Source: Clostridia bacterium (GTDB lineage: Bacteria > Bacillota > Clostridia > Oscillospirales > UBA644). Taken from it: a stretch of DNA of 57,166 nucleotides. Within the stretch, counting starts at the first letter, position 1. Each line of letters starts with the position of its first letter. Under the pieces are notes generated by a model that was given only the letters and a program-made list of their open reading frames with translations, was not told the origin of the DNA and ran no database searches. The position numbers were made by a program, and so were the translations under genes. The DNA lies in NCBI GenBank assembly GCA_014872655.1, contig WHHJ01000004.1:1-57166 (forward strand), read 5' to 3'. Of this stretch, positions 47,533 through 56,963 are shown in pieces.

Positions 47533-48717
47533 TCAGTGATGGAACAACCGCATGCCGGTAAAGGCCATGGCAATGCCGTATTGGTCGCAGGCCTCAATCA
47601 CCAGATCATCACGGATAGAACCGCCCGGCTGAGCAATATAACGTACACCGCTCTTTGCTGCCCGGTCAATATTGTCGCCAAACGGGAAGAACGCGTCCGA
47701 GCCCAGTGCAACGTCTTGAATCGTTGCCAAGTAAGCTTGTTTTTGTTCTTTGGTAAACGGTTCGGGGCAAACGCTGAACAGTTTTTGCCATTGACCGTCC
47801 GCTAACACGTCCTGCGCGTCGTCTGAAAGATATACGTCAATCGCATTGTCGCGTTCCGGCCGCTTTACCTGCTCCAAAAACGGTAGATTCAGTACCTTTT
47901 CATGCTGTCTCAAATGCCACAGGTCCGCCTTATTTGCCGCCAGTCTGGTGCAGTGAATTCGTGACTGCTGTCCGGCACCGACGCCGATGGCCTGACCGTC
48001 CTTGGCAAAGCAGACCGAATTGGACTGTGTATATTTCAGCGTAATCAGCGCAATGATCAAATCCCGCTGTGCCTGTGGGGATAGTTGTTTGTTTTGTGTG
48101 ACGATATTCGTCAGCAGCGAGGCGTCAATGGTAAAGTTGTTGCGCCCCTGTTCAAACGTGATGCCGAAAACCTGCTTGCGTTCAATTTCTTCCGGCTCAT
48201 ACTGCTCGTCGATCTGTACAATATTGTAATTACCTTTGCGCTTGGTCTTCAAGATTTGCAGTGCTTCGTCCGTATATCCGGGGGCAATGATGCCGTCCGA
48301 AACTTCACGGGCAATCAGTTTTGCCGTCGTCGCGTCGCAGACGTCGCTGAGTGCAATCCAGTCCCCAAACGAAGACATGCGGTCCGTCCCTCTTGCCCGC
48401 GCATAAGCGGTGGCCAAAGGCGATTCGTCCAGTCCTTCGATATCATCCACAAAGCACGCTTTTTTCAAACTTTGCGGCATGGGAATCCCGACCGCGGCCG
48501 AGGTGGGGCTGACATGTTTAAAAGAAGTTGCCGCCGGCATGTTCAGAGCCTGTTTCAATTCCCGTACCAGCTGCCAGCTGTTAAAGGCGTCCAAGAAGTT
48601 GATGTATCCGGGTTTTCCGGACAAGATTTGGATCGGCAGATCCCGGTTTGAATCCATATAGATGCGGGCCGGTTTTTGGTTGGGGTTACAGCCGTATTTC
48701 AGTTCAAATTCTTTCAT
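47533..48717 (-). CDS. purH: AICAR formyltransferase (PurH C-terminal domain only, no MGS-like IMP cyclohydrolase domain)
   Basis: Begins MKEFELKYGCNPNQ and ends TGMRLFHH. At 394 aa it lacks the N-terminal IMPCH domain. Confidence 0.88.
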   Translation of the reverse strand: MKEFELKYGCNPNQKPARIYMDSNRDLPIQILSGKPGYINFLDAFNSWQLVRELKQALNMPAATSFKHVSPTSAAVGIPMPQSLKKACFVDDIEGLDESPLATAYARARGTDRMSSFGDWIALSDVCDATTAKLIAREVSDGIIAPGYTDEALQILKTKRKGNYNIVQIDEQYEPEEIERKQVFGITFEQGRNNFTIDASLLTNIVTQNKQLSPQAQRDLIIALITLKYTQSNSVCFAKDGQAIGVGAGQQSRIHCTRLAANKADLWHLRQHEKVLNLPFLEQVKRPERDNAIDVYLSDDAQDVLADGQWQKLFSVCPEPFTKEQKQAYLATIQDVALGSDAFFPFGDNIDRAAKSGVRYIAQPGGSIRDDLVIEACDQYGIAMAFTGMRLFHH

Positions 48718-49451
48718 GATTCCATCTCCTGTGTGTTTTTGTTGATCAGCCGGTCTTCGATTTTGCCGGTTTCAAGATTGCAATACCGAACGTACAGTGA
48801 AATCTTGTTTTGCTCATCCAGGTTATCCCAGATCTCACTGGTAAAATCGTCAATGTTGTCGGGAATAACCACCCGTTCGGGTTCTCCGGCAAAGGTCGGA
48901 ATGGGATTTCCGTCGCAGATATAGGTATGTAAAAAATGTCCCAAACCGGGAATGGCCGAATAAGAAAAGGTATACCGGGAACAAGCGGAACCGTCCGCAT
49001 CAGCCGATTTCAGAATACTCATCTTATACGTAAAGTCGGTCGGCGTAAACGTAATCATGCCGCTGATACGCGGGGTAAAGTTGGGATAATCCGGCTCAAA
49101 ACACCGGGTGTCCAGCGCCTGTTCAAACGTTTTGTCTTCGCGCAGAAAAGTGCGGATCGTGTCCGTCTGATCTCCGTTGGTTACAATCAGGTTGTTTTGC
49201 CAAGTGCGAACCGGCGCGTAAATAATCAGCGAAGGATCTTCCACTTTACTTTCATCAAACGGATAAATTTTAATTTCATCGTTGCCTTCCCGGACAAATA
49301 CGCGGTTGCGGCTGTTTTCACTGCGACCCATAATAAAGTAGGCGGCCACGGCGTTTTTTCCGTTTTCGGATTTGCCCAGCACAATGCCTCTGCCTACATA
49401 AGAATTTCCGCTCAGCAAGGACCGGATTCGGTTTATTTTATAAATATCCAT
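48714..49451 (-). CDS. purO: IMP cyclohydrolase, archaeal PurO-like type
   Basis: The segment SYVGRGIVLGKSENGKNAVAAYFIMGRSENSRNRVF matches the PurO pattern Y-x-GR...RS-x-x-NR. It overlaps purH by 4 nt. Confidence 0.75.
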   Translation of the reverse strand: MDIYKINRIRSLLSGNSYVGRGIVLGKSENGKNAVAAYFIMGRSENSRNRVFVREGNDEIKIYPFDESKVEDPSLIIYAPVRTWQNNLIVTNGDQTDTIRTFLREDKTFEQALDTRCFEPDYPNFTPRISGMITFTPTDFTYKMSILKSADADGSACSRYTFSYSAIPGLGHFLHTYICDGNPIPTFAGEPERVVIPDNIDDFTSEIWDNLDEQNKISLYVRYCNLETGKIEDRLINKNTQEMES

Positions 49452-49512
49452 CTTTCATTTCTCCCGTTTCTGTTTTGGTAGTAGGGGGGGGATTTCTGTC
49501 GTTTTTATCTGC

Positions 49513-49836
49513 TCGGCCGAGAACTGCCTGATCCATGTTGGCGCAGGGGCTGTTCTTGTTTTTGGTTTGCCCCAGCGAGGATCATTTCATCCGTACCGGT
49601 GCGGGGGAACTATTGTATTGGTCTGTCCTGCGCCGACCGTTCTGTCCGCGTCGGCGCAGAAAAGTGTGGTCGCCGCTGCATTTCCGGTGCGTCTTTCGAT
49701 TTTTCTACGGTGGCACGGCAGTTTCTATCGTTTTACCTTATGCCCGATGACCGCTCCGTCTATCTCGGTGCAGAAAAATTATTTTGTTTTTGCACGATAA
49801 CGATTCTGCTCGTATCGGTGCAGTCTGTTTTATTTT
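49513..49836. repeat. About eight degenerate periodic units anchored on (T/C)CGG(T/C)GC(A/G) inside the pur operon gap
   Basis: Anchors lie near 49513, 49539, 49596, 49651, 49684, 49711, 49765 and 49815. Examples are TCGGCGCAGAAAAGTG and TCGGTGCAGAAAAATTA. The motif is related to that at 17584-17800. Confidence 0.55.
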
Positions 49837-50456
49837 GTTTTTTGTTTGGCCAGCCGGCGTGATACTTCTTCGGCTGCGCGCGGCAGCAGTTTCCACTCCG
49901 CCTGTTCCATCACACGTCGCTGCAGGGTTTGCGGCGTATCAGATTTCAAAATCCGAACCGGTTGTTGGGCAATAATTTCGCCGCCATCCGGAACTTCGTT
50001 GACATAGTGTACGGTGGCGCCCGTTACCTTAACGCCGTAGGCCAGAGCCGCTTCATGAACCTTTAACCCGTAAAATCCTTTTCCGCAAAAGGACGGAATC
50101 AGAGACGGGTGGATATTGATCATCCGTTTTTCGTATTGCCGGGTAAACGACGCGCTCAAAATACTCATAAATCCGGCTAACACAATCAAATCAATCTCGT
50201 TTTCGCGCAGCGCGGCAAGCAGTTGCTGCTCAAATTCTTCCTGGCTTTTTCCTGCTTTTTCAACAATGCAAACGGGGATCCCGTTTTCACGGGCCCGGGT
50301 GACCGCATAAGCGTCGGCATGGTTGGAAACTACCAGCGTGAGAACGCCGCTTTTCAGCCGCCCCTGGTTTTGTGCGTCGATCAATGCCTGCAGATTGGTT
50401 CCACCGCCGGAGACAAACACCGCAATGCGGGTTTTGGGAAAAGGTGTGCTTAGCAT
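49830..50456 (-). CDS. purN: Phosphoribosylglycinamide formyltransferase
   Basis: Contains [18 protein letters not shown], the HPSLIP motif ([10 protein letters not shown]) and TGATVHYV. Confidence 0.93.
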   Translation of the reverse strand: MLSTPFPKTRIAVFVSGGGTNLQALIDAQNQGRLKSGVLTLVVSNHADAYAVTRARENGIPVCIVEKAGKSQEEFEQQLLAALRENEIDLIVLAGFMSILSASFTRQYEKRMINIHPSLIPSFCGKGFYGLKVHEAALAYGVKVTGATVHYVNEVPDGGEIIAQQPVRILKSDTPQTLQRRVMEQAEWKLLPRAAEEVSRRLAKQKTK

Positions 50457-51487
50457 ATTTTTACACTTTCCTCCGATTTTTCTGTCTGGCCCATGATATA
50501 GGCGTCCTGCCCGTGTTCTTTCAAAATAGCCAGCGCCTGATCGGCGTCGTTTTTATCTACTACAACGCTCATGCCCACGCCCATGTTAAAGGTGTTAAAC
50601 ATATCCCGCTCCGGAATCTTTCCGGTCTTGGCAATCAGATCAAAAATCGGCAGAATACGAAGACTCGCCTTGTCAATCTTTACGCCGAATCCGTCCGGAA
50701 TGCTGCGGGGAATATTTTCATAGAATCCACCGCCCGTAATATGCGAAACGGCCTTTACGGTAATCTGTTCAAACAATGCCAGCATCGGCTTCACATAGAT
50801 TTTAGTCGGTGTCAACAGCGCTTGTCCAATGGATTGACCGCCCAGCTCTGCCACCGGGGCGTTCAGGTCGCTGTTTTCTACGTCAAATACCCGACGAACC
50901 AGCGAAAAACCGTTGGAGTGGACACCGCTTGACGGCAGCGCAATCACAACGTCGCCTTCGCGGATGGTGCGGTTGTTTAAGATTTTGTCTTTGTCCACTA
51001 CGCCGACCGAAAAGCCGGCCAGATCATATTCGTCTTCGGGATAAAAGCCCGGCATTTCAGCCGTTTCTCCGCCGATCAGAGAACATCCTGCCTGTACGCA
51101 GCCTTCCGCAACGCCCGAAACGATCGTCGCCACTTTTTCGGGACGGTTTTTGCCGACCGCCACGTAATCCAAAAAGAACAGAGGCTTTGCGCCGCAGCAG
51201 ATAATATCATTGACGCACATCGCCACGCAGTCAATGCCCACCGTGTCGTGCTTGTCCATTAAAAATGCCATTTTCAGTTTGGTGCCCACGCCGTCCGTTC
51301 CGCTGACTAAAACCGGGTGCTGAATCCCTGTCATGTCCAGTTCAAACAGTCCGCCAAATCCGCCGATATCGGACAGTGCTCCGCCGGTCATAGTCCGTGC
51401 GATATGCTGTTTCATCAGTTCAACTGCTTTGTATCCGGCTGTGATATCTACGCCGGCTTGTTTGTAGCTTTCGCTGTAACTTTTCAT
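50450..51487 (-). CDS. purM: Phosphoribosylformylglycinamidine cyclo-ligase (AIR synthase)
   Basis: Contains [21 protein letters not shown] and HITGGG. Confidence 0.96.
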   Translation of the reverse strand: MKSYSESYKQAGVDITAGYKAVELMKQHIARTMTGGALSDIGGFGGLFELDMTGIQHPVLVSGTDGVGTKLKMAFLMDKHDTVGIDCVAMCVNDIICCGAKPLFFLDYVAVGKNRPEKVATIVSGVAEGCVQAGCSLIGGETAEMPGFYPEDEYDLAGFSVGVVDKDKILNNRTIREGDVVIALPSSGVHSNGFSLVRRVFDVENSDLNAPVAELGGQSIGQALLTPTKIYVKPMLALFEQITVKAVSHITGGGFYENIPRSIPDGFGVKIDKASLRILPIFDLIAKTGKIPERDMFNTFNMGVGMSVVVDKNDADQALAILKEHGQDAYIMGQTEKSEESVKIC

Positions 51488-51490
51488 GGG

Positions 51491-52924
51491 TTACCCTCTT
51501 TTCTTTCCAATCTTGTTTTCGAATCGGTCTTTGCAGGTCTCTGTGGGAACCTGTGTCGGATAATCCGCCGAGAAGCATGCGTCACAATACCCGCAGCCCT
51601 TTTCCGTTCCGATCAGCATCGACAAATTATCTACATTCAAATATCCCAGGCTGTCTACCCCGATAATTTTTTCAATTTCGGCAATCGAGTGCTGGCAGGC
51701 AATCAAAACATCTTTGGAATCGATATCGGTGCCGTAATAACAGGGGTTGAGGAATGGCGGGGAAGAAATACGCATGTGTACTTCTTTGGCGCCGGCGTCA
51801 CGCAGCAGTTTGACGATTCTTGCCGAAGTTGTTCCGCGAACAATCGAGTCGTCAATCAAAACCACACGTTTGCCTTTCACGGTTTCCGAAATGGGGTTCA
51901 GTTTAATTTTTACTTTGTTTTCTCTGGATTTTTGTCCGGGCGAAATAAAGGTACGGCCGATGTACCGGTTTTTGATAAATCCAACGCCGTACGGGATGCC
52001 CGACTGCCGAGAATAACCAATCGCCGCGTCAATACCGGAATCCGGAACGCCGATAACCACGTCGGCTTGTACCGGATGTTCCATCGCCAAGCACGCGCCT
52101 GCTTTCAGACGTGCATTGTGCACGCTGCGCCCGTCGAGAACCGAGTCCGGTCTTGCAAAATAAATATACTCAAAAATACAAACCGTCGGTTTGGCCTGTC
52201 CGCAATGGTCTCGGATCGAGCGAATCCCGTTTTCGTCAAATACAACGATTTCGCCCGGTTCGATATCTCGGATCAATTTTGCGCCGGTTGCATCCAATGC
52301 GCAGGATTCTGATGCCACAACATATTTTCCGTCTTCCGTCATGCCGTAGCAGAGGGGGCGGAATCCGTTCGGGTCACGAACGGCGATCAGTTTAGACGGC
52401 GACATAATAACCAACGAATAAGCGCCTTTGATTCTGTCCATCGCCCGATTAACCGCCTCTTCGATCGACGGCGCCCCCAGGCGTTCTTTGGTGATGATAT
52501 AAGAAATGACTTCGGTGTCGGATGTGGTGTGAAAAATGGATCCTTCCAGTTCCAGTTCCTGCCGCAGCTCGTAGGAGTTGACCAGATTGCCGTTATGCGC
52601 CAGCGCCATTTTCCCCTTAATATGATTCACAACAATGGGCTGGCTGTTTAGCCGGTCGGTGGCCCCGGTCGTTCCGTAGCGAACATGTCCGATGGCCATA
52701 TTCCCATCGCCCAGTTTTTGCAGCACGTCCGAGGTGAATACGTCATTGACCAACCCTAAATCTTTATAGTAGTTAAATACGCCGTCGTCGTTAATCACGA
52801 TCCCACAGCTTTCCTGCCCTCGGTGCTGTAATGCAAACAGACCGTAATAAACGTCGGTGGCCAACGATTCGCATCGATTGCTGAATATGCCGAATACGCC
52901 GCACTCTTCTTTGATTTTTTTCAT
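51491..52924 (-). CDS. purF: Amidophosphoribosyltransferase
   Basis: MKKIKEECGVFGIF carries the N-terminal nucleophile Cys, and the PRPP motif is VVLIDDSIVRGTT. The C-terminal Cys cluster CGYCDAC is also present. The start is ATG 52924. Confidence 0.95.
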   Translation of the reverse strand: MKKIKEECGVFGIFSNRCESLATDVYYGLFALQHRGQESCGIVINDDGVFNYYKDLGLVNDVFTSDVLQKLGDGNMAIGHVRYGTTGATDRLNSQPIVVNHIKGKMALAHNGNLVNSYELRQELELEGSIFHTTSDTEVISYIITKERLGAPSIEEAVNRAMDRIKGAYSLVIMSPSKLIAVRDPNGFRPLCYGMTEDGKYVVASESCALDATGAKLIRDIEPGEIVVFDENGIRSIRDHCGQAKPTVCIFEYIYFARPDSVLDGRSVHNARLKAGACLAMEHPVQADVVIGVPDSGIDAAIGYSRQSGIPYGVGFIKNRYIGRTFISPGQKSRENKVKIKLNPISETVKGKRVVLIDDSIVRGTTSARIVKLLRDAGAKEVHMRISSPPFLNPCYYGTDIDSKDVLIACQHSIAEIEKIIGVDSLGYLNVDNLSMLIGTEKGCGYCDACFSADYPTQVPTETCKDRFENKIGKKRG

Positions 52925-52949
52925 AGATAACTCTCCGTTTTTTATGATT

Positions 52950-52985
52950 CGATAACAAAGTTGAACACGGCTTGCCGTGTTCAAC
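52950..52985 (-). terminator. Intra-operon hairpin/partial terminator between purC and purF
   Basis: On the minus strand, GTTGAACACGG-CAAG-CCGTGTTCAAC (an 11-bp stem) is followed by TTTGTT. Confidence 0.4.
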
Positions 52986-52996
52986 TCAAAATACAA

Positions 52997-53707
52997 TTAT
53001 TCGCCCAGCAGACGTCTGCGGATTTCACGATAAGCGTCTTCAACGCCGCCCATGTCTCTTCTGAACCGGTCTTTATCCAGCTTTTCGTGCGTTACCGCAT
53101 CCCAGAACCGGCAGGTATCGGGAGAGATCTCGTCAGCCAGCACAATCGTTCCGTCGGATGTTTTGCCGAATTCCAACTTAAAGTCAATCAATTCAATATT
53201 GGCTTCTTTCAGATAGTCGGTCAGAATTTGATTGATTCGGAGTGCGTAATCCGCAATTTGGTCCAGTTCCTCTTTGGTGCAGTATTCCATAGCCAGAATG
53301 TGATATTCATTCACCATCGGGTCGTCGAGTTCATCGCACTTGTAGCAATATTCCAGAACGGTCTTCTTTAATTTTGTTCCTTCTTCAAGTCCCAACCGTT
53401 TTGCCAGAGAACCTGCCGCAATATTGCGCACAATAACCTCTAGCGGAATAATCTTTACGCGTTTTACCACGGTATCGGTGTCTGAAAGCTGTTTGACAAA
53501 ATGGGTGGGAATCCCTTTCTTTTCCAGCATCTGCATCAGGTAGTTGGTCACGCGGTTGTTGATGGCGCCTTTGCCCAGAATGGTTCCTTTCTTGGCTCCG
53601 TTAAATGCGGTTGCGTCATCCTTGTACGATACGATGCACAGTTGAGGATCGTCGGTTGCAAAAACCTTTTTGGCTTTTCCTTCGTACATTTGTTCTCTTT
53701 TTTCCAT
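52997..53707 (-). CDS. purC: SAICAR synthase
   Basis: Contains [19 protein letters not shown], and a C-terminal SPDTCRFWD. Confidence 0.95.
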   Translation of the reverse strand: MEKREQMYEGKAKKVFATDDPQLCIVSYKDDATAFNGAKKGTILGKGAINNRVTNYLMQMLEKKGIPTHFVKQLSDTDTVVKRVKIIPLEVIVRNIAAGSLAKRLGLEEGTKLKKTVLEYCYKCDELDDPMVNEYHILAMEYCTKEELDQIADYALRINQILTDYLKEANIELIDFKLEFGKTSDGTIVLADEISPDTCRFWDAVTHEKLDKDRFRRDMGGVEDAYREIRRRLLGE

Positions 53708-53968
53708 TGTAAAACCCCTCCGAAATCATTTTATATTCAAAAGATAAAATGCTGTGTTAAAATTGATTTGATTTTTCAGCCGCGGTTTCGCCGAATGAAA
53801 GAATTTTTTTTCATCGGTCGCTGATTGGGCAGCTCTGATATTTTTAAACGGCTATAAGCCTGCATTTAACCTCTTTTTTAATACGCCGTCAGTCTTTGAG
53901 TCCGGGGCGAATGCTTCGCATGGAGTTGCAAGACTGGTCGCGTATGGCTTACTGTTTCTTTTAAAGAT

Positions 53969-54460
53969 TTAATTGAACTGCTGGCTGATCTGAGCGTCTT
54001 TTTTTAGTACTGCAGCGCTGGCATCTTGTCTTTGCTTGTCCAACTTAGCGGCCAGTTGTTCGTCTTCAACAGCTAAAATCTGGATGGCCAGCAGGGCTGC
54101 GTTCTTGGCTCCGTCGATGGCAACCGTTGCAACCGGCAGTCCGGACGGCATCTGTACCGTAGACAGTAATGCATCCAGCCCGTCGAGTGTGGAAGATTTC
54201 ACCGGAATTCCAATGACCGGCAGCGTGGTGTTTGCCGCCATGGCTCCTGCTAAATGCGCGGCCTTTCCGGCTGCTGCGATAATGGCGCCGAAACCGTTTT
54301 GACGGGCACTGCGTGCAAAATCACGTGCTTCGTCCGGTGTGCGGTGTGCGGAATAGACGTGTACTTCGGCCGGAACACAAAAATCTTTTAACGTGTCAAT
54401 GGCTCCTTGGACAACCGGTAAATCGCTGTCGCTGCCCATAATAATCGCTACTTTTTTCAT
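53969..54460 (-). CDS. purE: N5-carboxyaminoimidazole ribonucleotide mutase
   Basis: Contains [22 protein letters not shown] and GAAHLAG. The start ATG 54460 follows the SD GGAGGA. Confidence 0.95.
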   Translation of the reverse strand: MKKVAIIMGSDSDLPVVQGAIDTLKDFCVPAEVHVYSAHRTPDEARDFARSARQNGFGAIIAAAGKAAHLAGAMAANTTLPVIGIPVKSSTLDGLDALLSTVQMPSGLPVATVAIDGAKNAALLAIQILAVEDEQLAAKLDKQRQDASAAVLKKDAQISQQFN

Positions 54461-54480
54461 GGAAAATCCTCCTTCAATAC

Positions 54481-54585
54481 AAAAAGGCAGACCTATTTTG
54501 CAAACAGGCCTGCCCAGACGGTCGACAATGTATAATTTTCTGCTTCTTTGCGGTACTCCGCTCATCCGTCAGTTACAGAAAACCT
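54481..54585 (-). promoter_or_regulatory. ZTP (pfl-motif) riboswitch with overlapping intrinsic terminator, leader of the pur operon
   Basis: On the minus strand, P1 pairs UUUUCUG with CAGAAAA. ACUGACGG matches the consensus ACUGGCGG. P2 is GCGGAGUACCGC. The 3' module GUCGACCGUCUGGGCA matches the consensus CCGCCUGGGCA. The terminator GGCAGGCCU...AGGUCUGCC+UUUUU shares the GGGCA nucleotides. Confidence 0.8.
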
Positions 54586-54598
54586 ATATTATGTGTAT

Positions 54599-54627
54599 AG
54601 TATATCATACGCCCAAACGGATGTCAA
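54599..54627 (-). promoter_or_regulatory. Sigma-A promoter of the pur operon (TTGACA-17 nt-TATACT)
   Basis: On the minus strand, the -35 lies at 54627-54622 and the -10 at 54604-54599. Confidence 0.65.
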
Positions 54628-54838
54628 GACAAAACAAAAAGAAGACATATTTCTGTTAAAAACAAAAGGCGACAGTCAAAATTTTTCGTGCAAACGCGGA
54701 TACACAAGCGCTTTGATCATGTCTTCGGAGTCCGTATCCGGAAAGCAAAGCCTCAAAGCCGGTTCTTTGCCTGCCGTTTTGTGTAGAGTGTATTGAAAAT
54801 GTATAAAAAACCATTGCGGATTTTATTCAAAACAAACA

Positions 54839-54867
54839 TTGCCAAACCTGGAAAAAAATTGTATAAT
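54839..54867 (+). promoter_or_regulatory. Sigma-A promoter TTGCCA-17 nt-TATAAT
   Basis: The -35 is at 54839-54844 and the -10 at 54862-54867, preceded by TG. Confidence 0.5.
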
Positions 54868-54953
54868 AAATAAAAGTTATATTTGGAATAAATGTATGTT
54901 TATTCATGATAAATCTGAATCGGGTTCCGCCCGATTGTTGATGGAGGGATTGT

Positions 54954-55937
54954 ATGAAACTGCAAAAAGTATTGGCGCCGCTGCTGGCAGCCGGCATGCT
55001 GTTTGGACTGGCGGCCTGTTCCGCGCCTCAGGAGTCCGGAGAAGACGGCACGTATCAGGTCGGTATCATTCAGCAGATGGAGCATACGGCACTGAATAGT
55101 GCAACAGAAGGGTTTAAAGCCGCATTAACCGAAAAGTTGGGCGACAAGGTGGAGTTTGATTATCAGAACGCGCAGGGTGAGGTTTCCAATTGCGGTACGA
55201 TCGCGTCGAAATTTGTTTCTTCAAATGTAGATTTGATTTTGGCCAACGCAACCTCTGCCTTACAGGCGGCTTACTCGGCTACCGCGACGATTCCGGTGAT
55301 CGGCGTATCGATTACGGATTTTGCAACAGCCGGTGTGGAGTTGGACGAATCGGGCAAACCGACCGGGAATGTCACGGGCGTTTCGGACTTGTCTCCGATT
55401 GACCGGCAGATGGAATTGTTGAAAAAACTGTGCCCGAACGTACAAAAGGTTGCCATTGTGTATTGTTCTTCTGAACCCAATTCTAAATTCCAGTCTGATC
55501 TGGCAGAAGCGGCGTTGGACGAAATGGGCATTGCACATCAGGTTTATACGGTAATGAACACCAACGATATCACAACGGTTGTAACCAAAGCCGTCGCGGA
55601 ATGCGACGTGATGTATATTCCGACCGATAACACCATGGCAGATAACATGGGCCTGGTAAAGAATATTACACTGGGCGGTGACAAGAAGGTTCCGGTTATC
55701 GCGGGGGAAGAAAATATGTGTAAAGCCGGCGGACTGGCTACATTGTCGGGCAGCTATTACGATATGGGTTATCAAGCCGGCTTGATGGCGTATGAGATTT
55801 TGGTCAACGGCAAACAGCCGTCTGATTTTGAGATTCAGTACGTAACGGACGGTTTGGTTGAAAAATATAATCCGGAGATCGCCGAAGAACTTGGCGTAGA
55901 GATCCCGGAAGGCATGGTTGCCTTGGATATGGAATAA
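54954..55937 (+). CDS. ABC transporter substrate-binding lipoprotein (ABC_sub_bind/BMP-like family)
   Basis: Has the lipobox LAAC (MKLQKVLAPLLAAGMLFGLAAC). A periplasmic-binding fold pattern, YQVGIIQQMEHTALN, follows. Confidence 0.8.
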   Translation: MKLQKVLAPLLAAGMLFGLAACSAPQESGEDGTYQVGIIQQMEHTALNSATEGFKAALTEKLGDKVEFDYQNAQGEVSNCGTIASKFVSSNVDLILANATSALQAAYSATATIPVIGVSITDFATAGVELDESGKPTGNVTGVSDLSPIDRQMELLKKLCPNVQKVAIVYCSSEPNSKFQSDLAEAALDEMGIAHQVYTVMNTNDITTVVTKAVAECDVMYIPTDNTMADNMGLVKNITLGGDKKVPVIAGEENMCKAGGLATLSGSYYDMGYQAGLMAYEILVNGKQPSDFEIQYVTDGLVEKYNPEIAEELGVEIPEGMVALDME

Positions 55938-56009
55938 AAAACGACAAAAACAGCAATGAGCGATGTTTGTTGCTGTTTTTGTATTTTATAGTTGGAGTGA
56001 TTGTTTCTG

Positions 56010-56963
56010 ATGGCTGATATCATGGTATTTGTAAACTCTCTGCCGAGTGCGGTCGTGCAGGGGTTGATCTGGGGTATTATGGCGCTGGGCGTTTATATTA
56101 CGTACCGGATTTTGAATTTTGCCGATTTGTCGGTAGACGGTAGTTTTGTGACGGGCGGCGCGGTGTGCGTGATGCTTTTGTCGTGTGGGTGGAATGTTTG
56201 GCTGGCGATGCTGATGGCGCTGCTTGCCGGAATGGCCGCCGGGTTTATGACCGGATTTTTCCACACCGTAATGGGGATTCCCGACATTCTGTCCGGGATT
56301 TTAACGCAGCTGAGCCTGTATTCGATCAATATGGCCATTATGCTGGAGCGGTCCAATGTTCCCATCTCTCGGCCAGCCAAGGATTTGGTATTAAATGCCA
56401 GAGATGTCGGCAATCCGCAGCGCTGGTATATCCCGGTGCTGATTTGTGTGGCGGTGGTCGCGGTGGTGATCGCCATTATGTATTGGTTTTTCGGTACCGA
56501 AGTCGGCTGTTCGATTCGGGCAACCGGGTGCAATCCGAATATGGCGCGTGCACAAGGGATCAACACGAATATTTCTAAAATGCTTGGATTAGTCATTTCC
56601 AACGGAATCGTGGCTTTTTCGGGCGCGTTATTTGCACAGTACAGCAATGCGTCTGATGTCAACGCGGGCCGCGGCGCCATCGTTATCGGTTTGGCGGCGG
56701 TCATTATCGGTGAGGTTGTTATGGGCAAACGATTCAACTTTGCCTATCGGCTTGCCAGTGTGGTGGTTGGAGCCATTTTGTATTACATTGTAATCACGCT
56801 TGTTATTCAATTGGGTCTGCCGACCTTGTACCTGAAGTTGCTGAGCGCGGTGGTCGTTGCAATCTTCCTTGCCGTGCCGTATATTAAGGGGAAATATTTT
56901 ACACGCGGGGTTCCCGATAAAGTGTTAAAATCTATACGCGGCGGAGGAAATGACAATGCTTGA
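56010..56963 (+). CDS. ABC transporter permease (BPD_transp_2 type)
   Basis: Shows about 8-9 TM helices. It lies between the binding protein and the ATPase. Confidence 0.8.
   Translation: MADIMVFVNSLPSAVVQGLIWGIMALGVYITYRILNFADLSVDGSFVTGGAVCVMLLSCGWNVWLAMLMALLAGMAAGFMTGFFHTVMGIPDILSGILTQLSLYSINMAIMLERSNVPISRPAKDLVLNARDVGNPQRWYIPVLICVAVVAVVIAIMYWFFGTEVGCSIRATGCNPNMARAQGINTNISKMLGLVISNGIVAFSGALFAQYSNASDVNAGRGAIVIGLAAVIIGEVVMGKRFNFAYRLASVVVGAILYYIVITLVIQLGLPTLYLKLLSAVVVAIFLAVPYIKGKYFTRGVPDKVLKSIRGGGNDNA

Noticed and set aside
54481-54627. A guanine/adenine (purine) riboswitch upstream of purE.
   Set aside because: The sequence lacks the purine aptamer loops (UAUGG...CCGUAAAU-type pairing). It fits the ZTP/pfl architecture instead.
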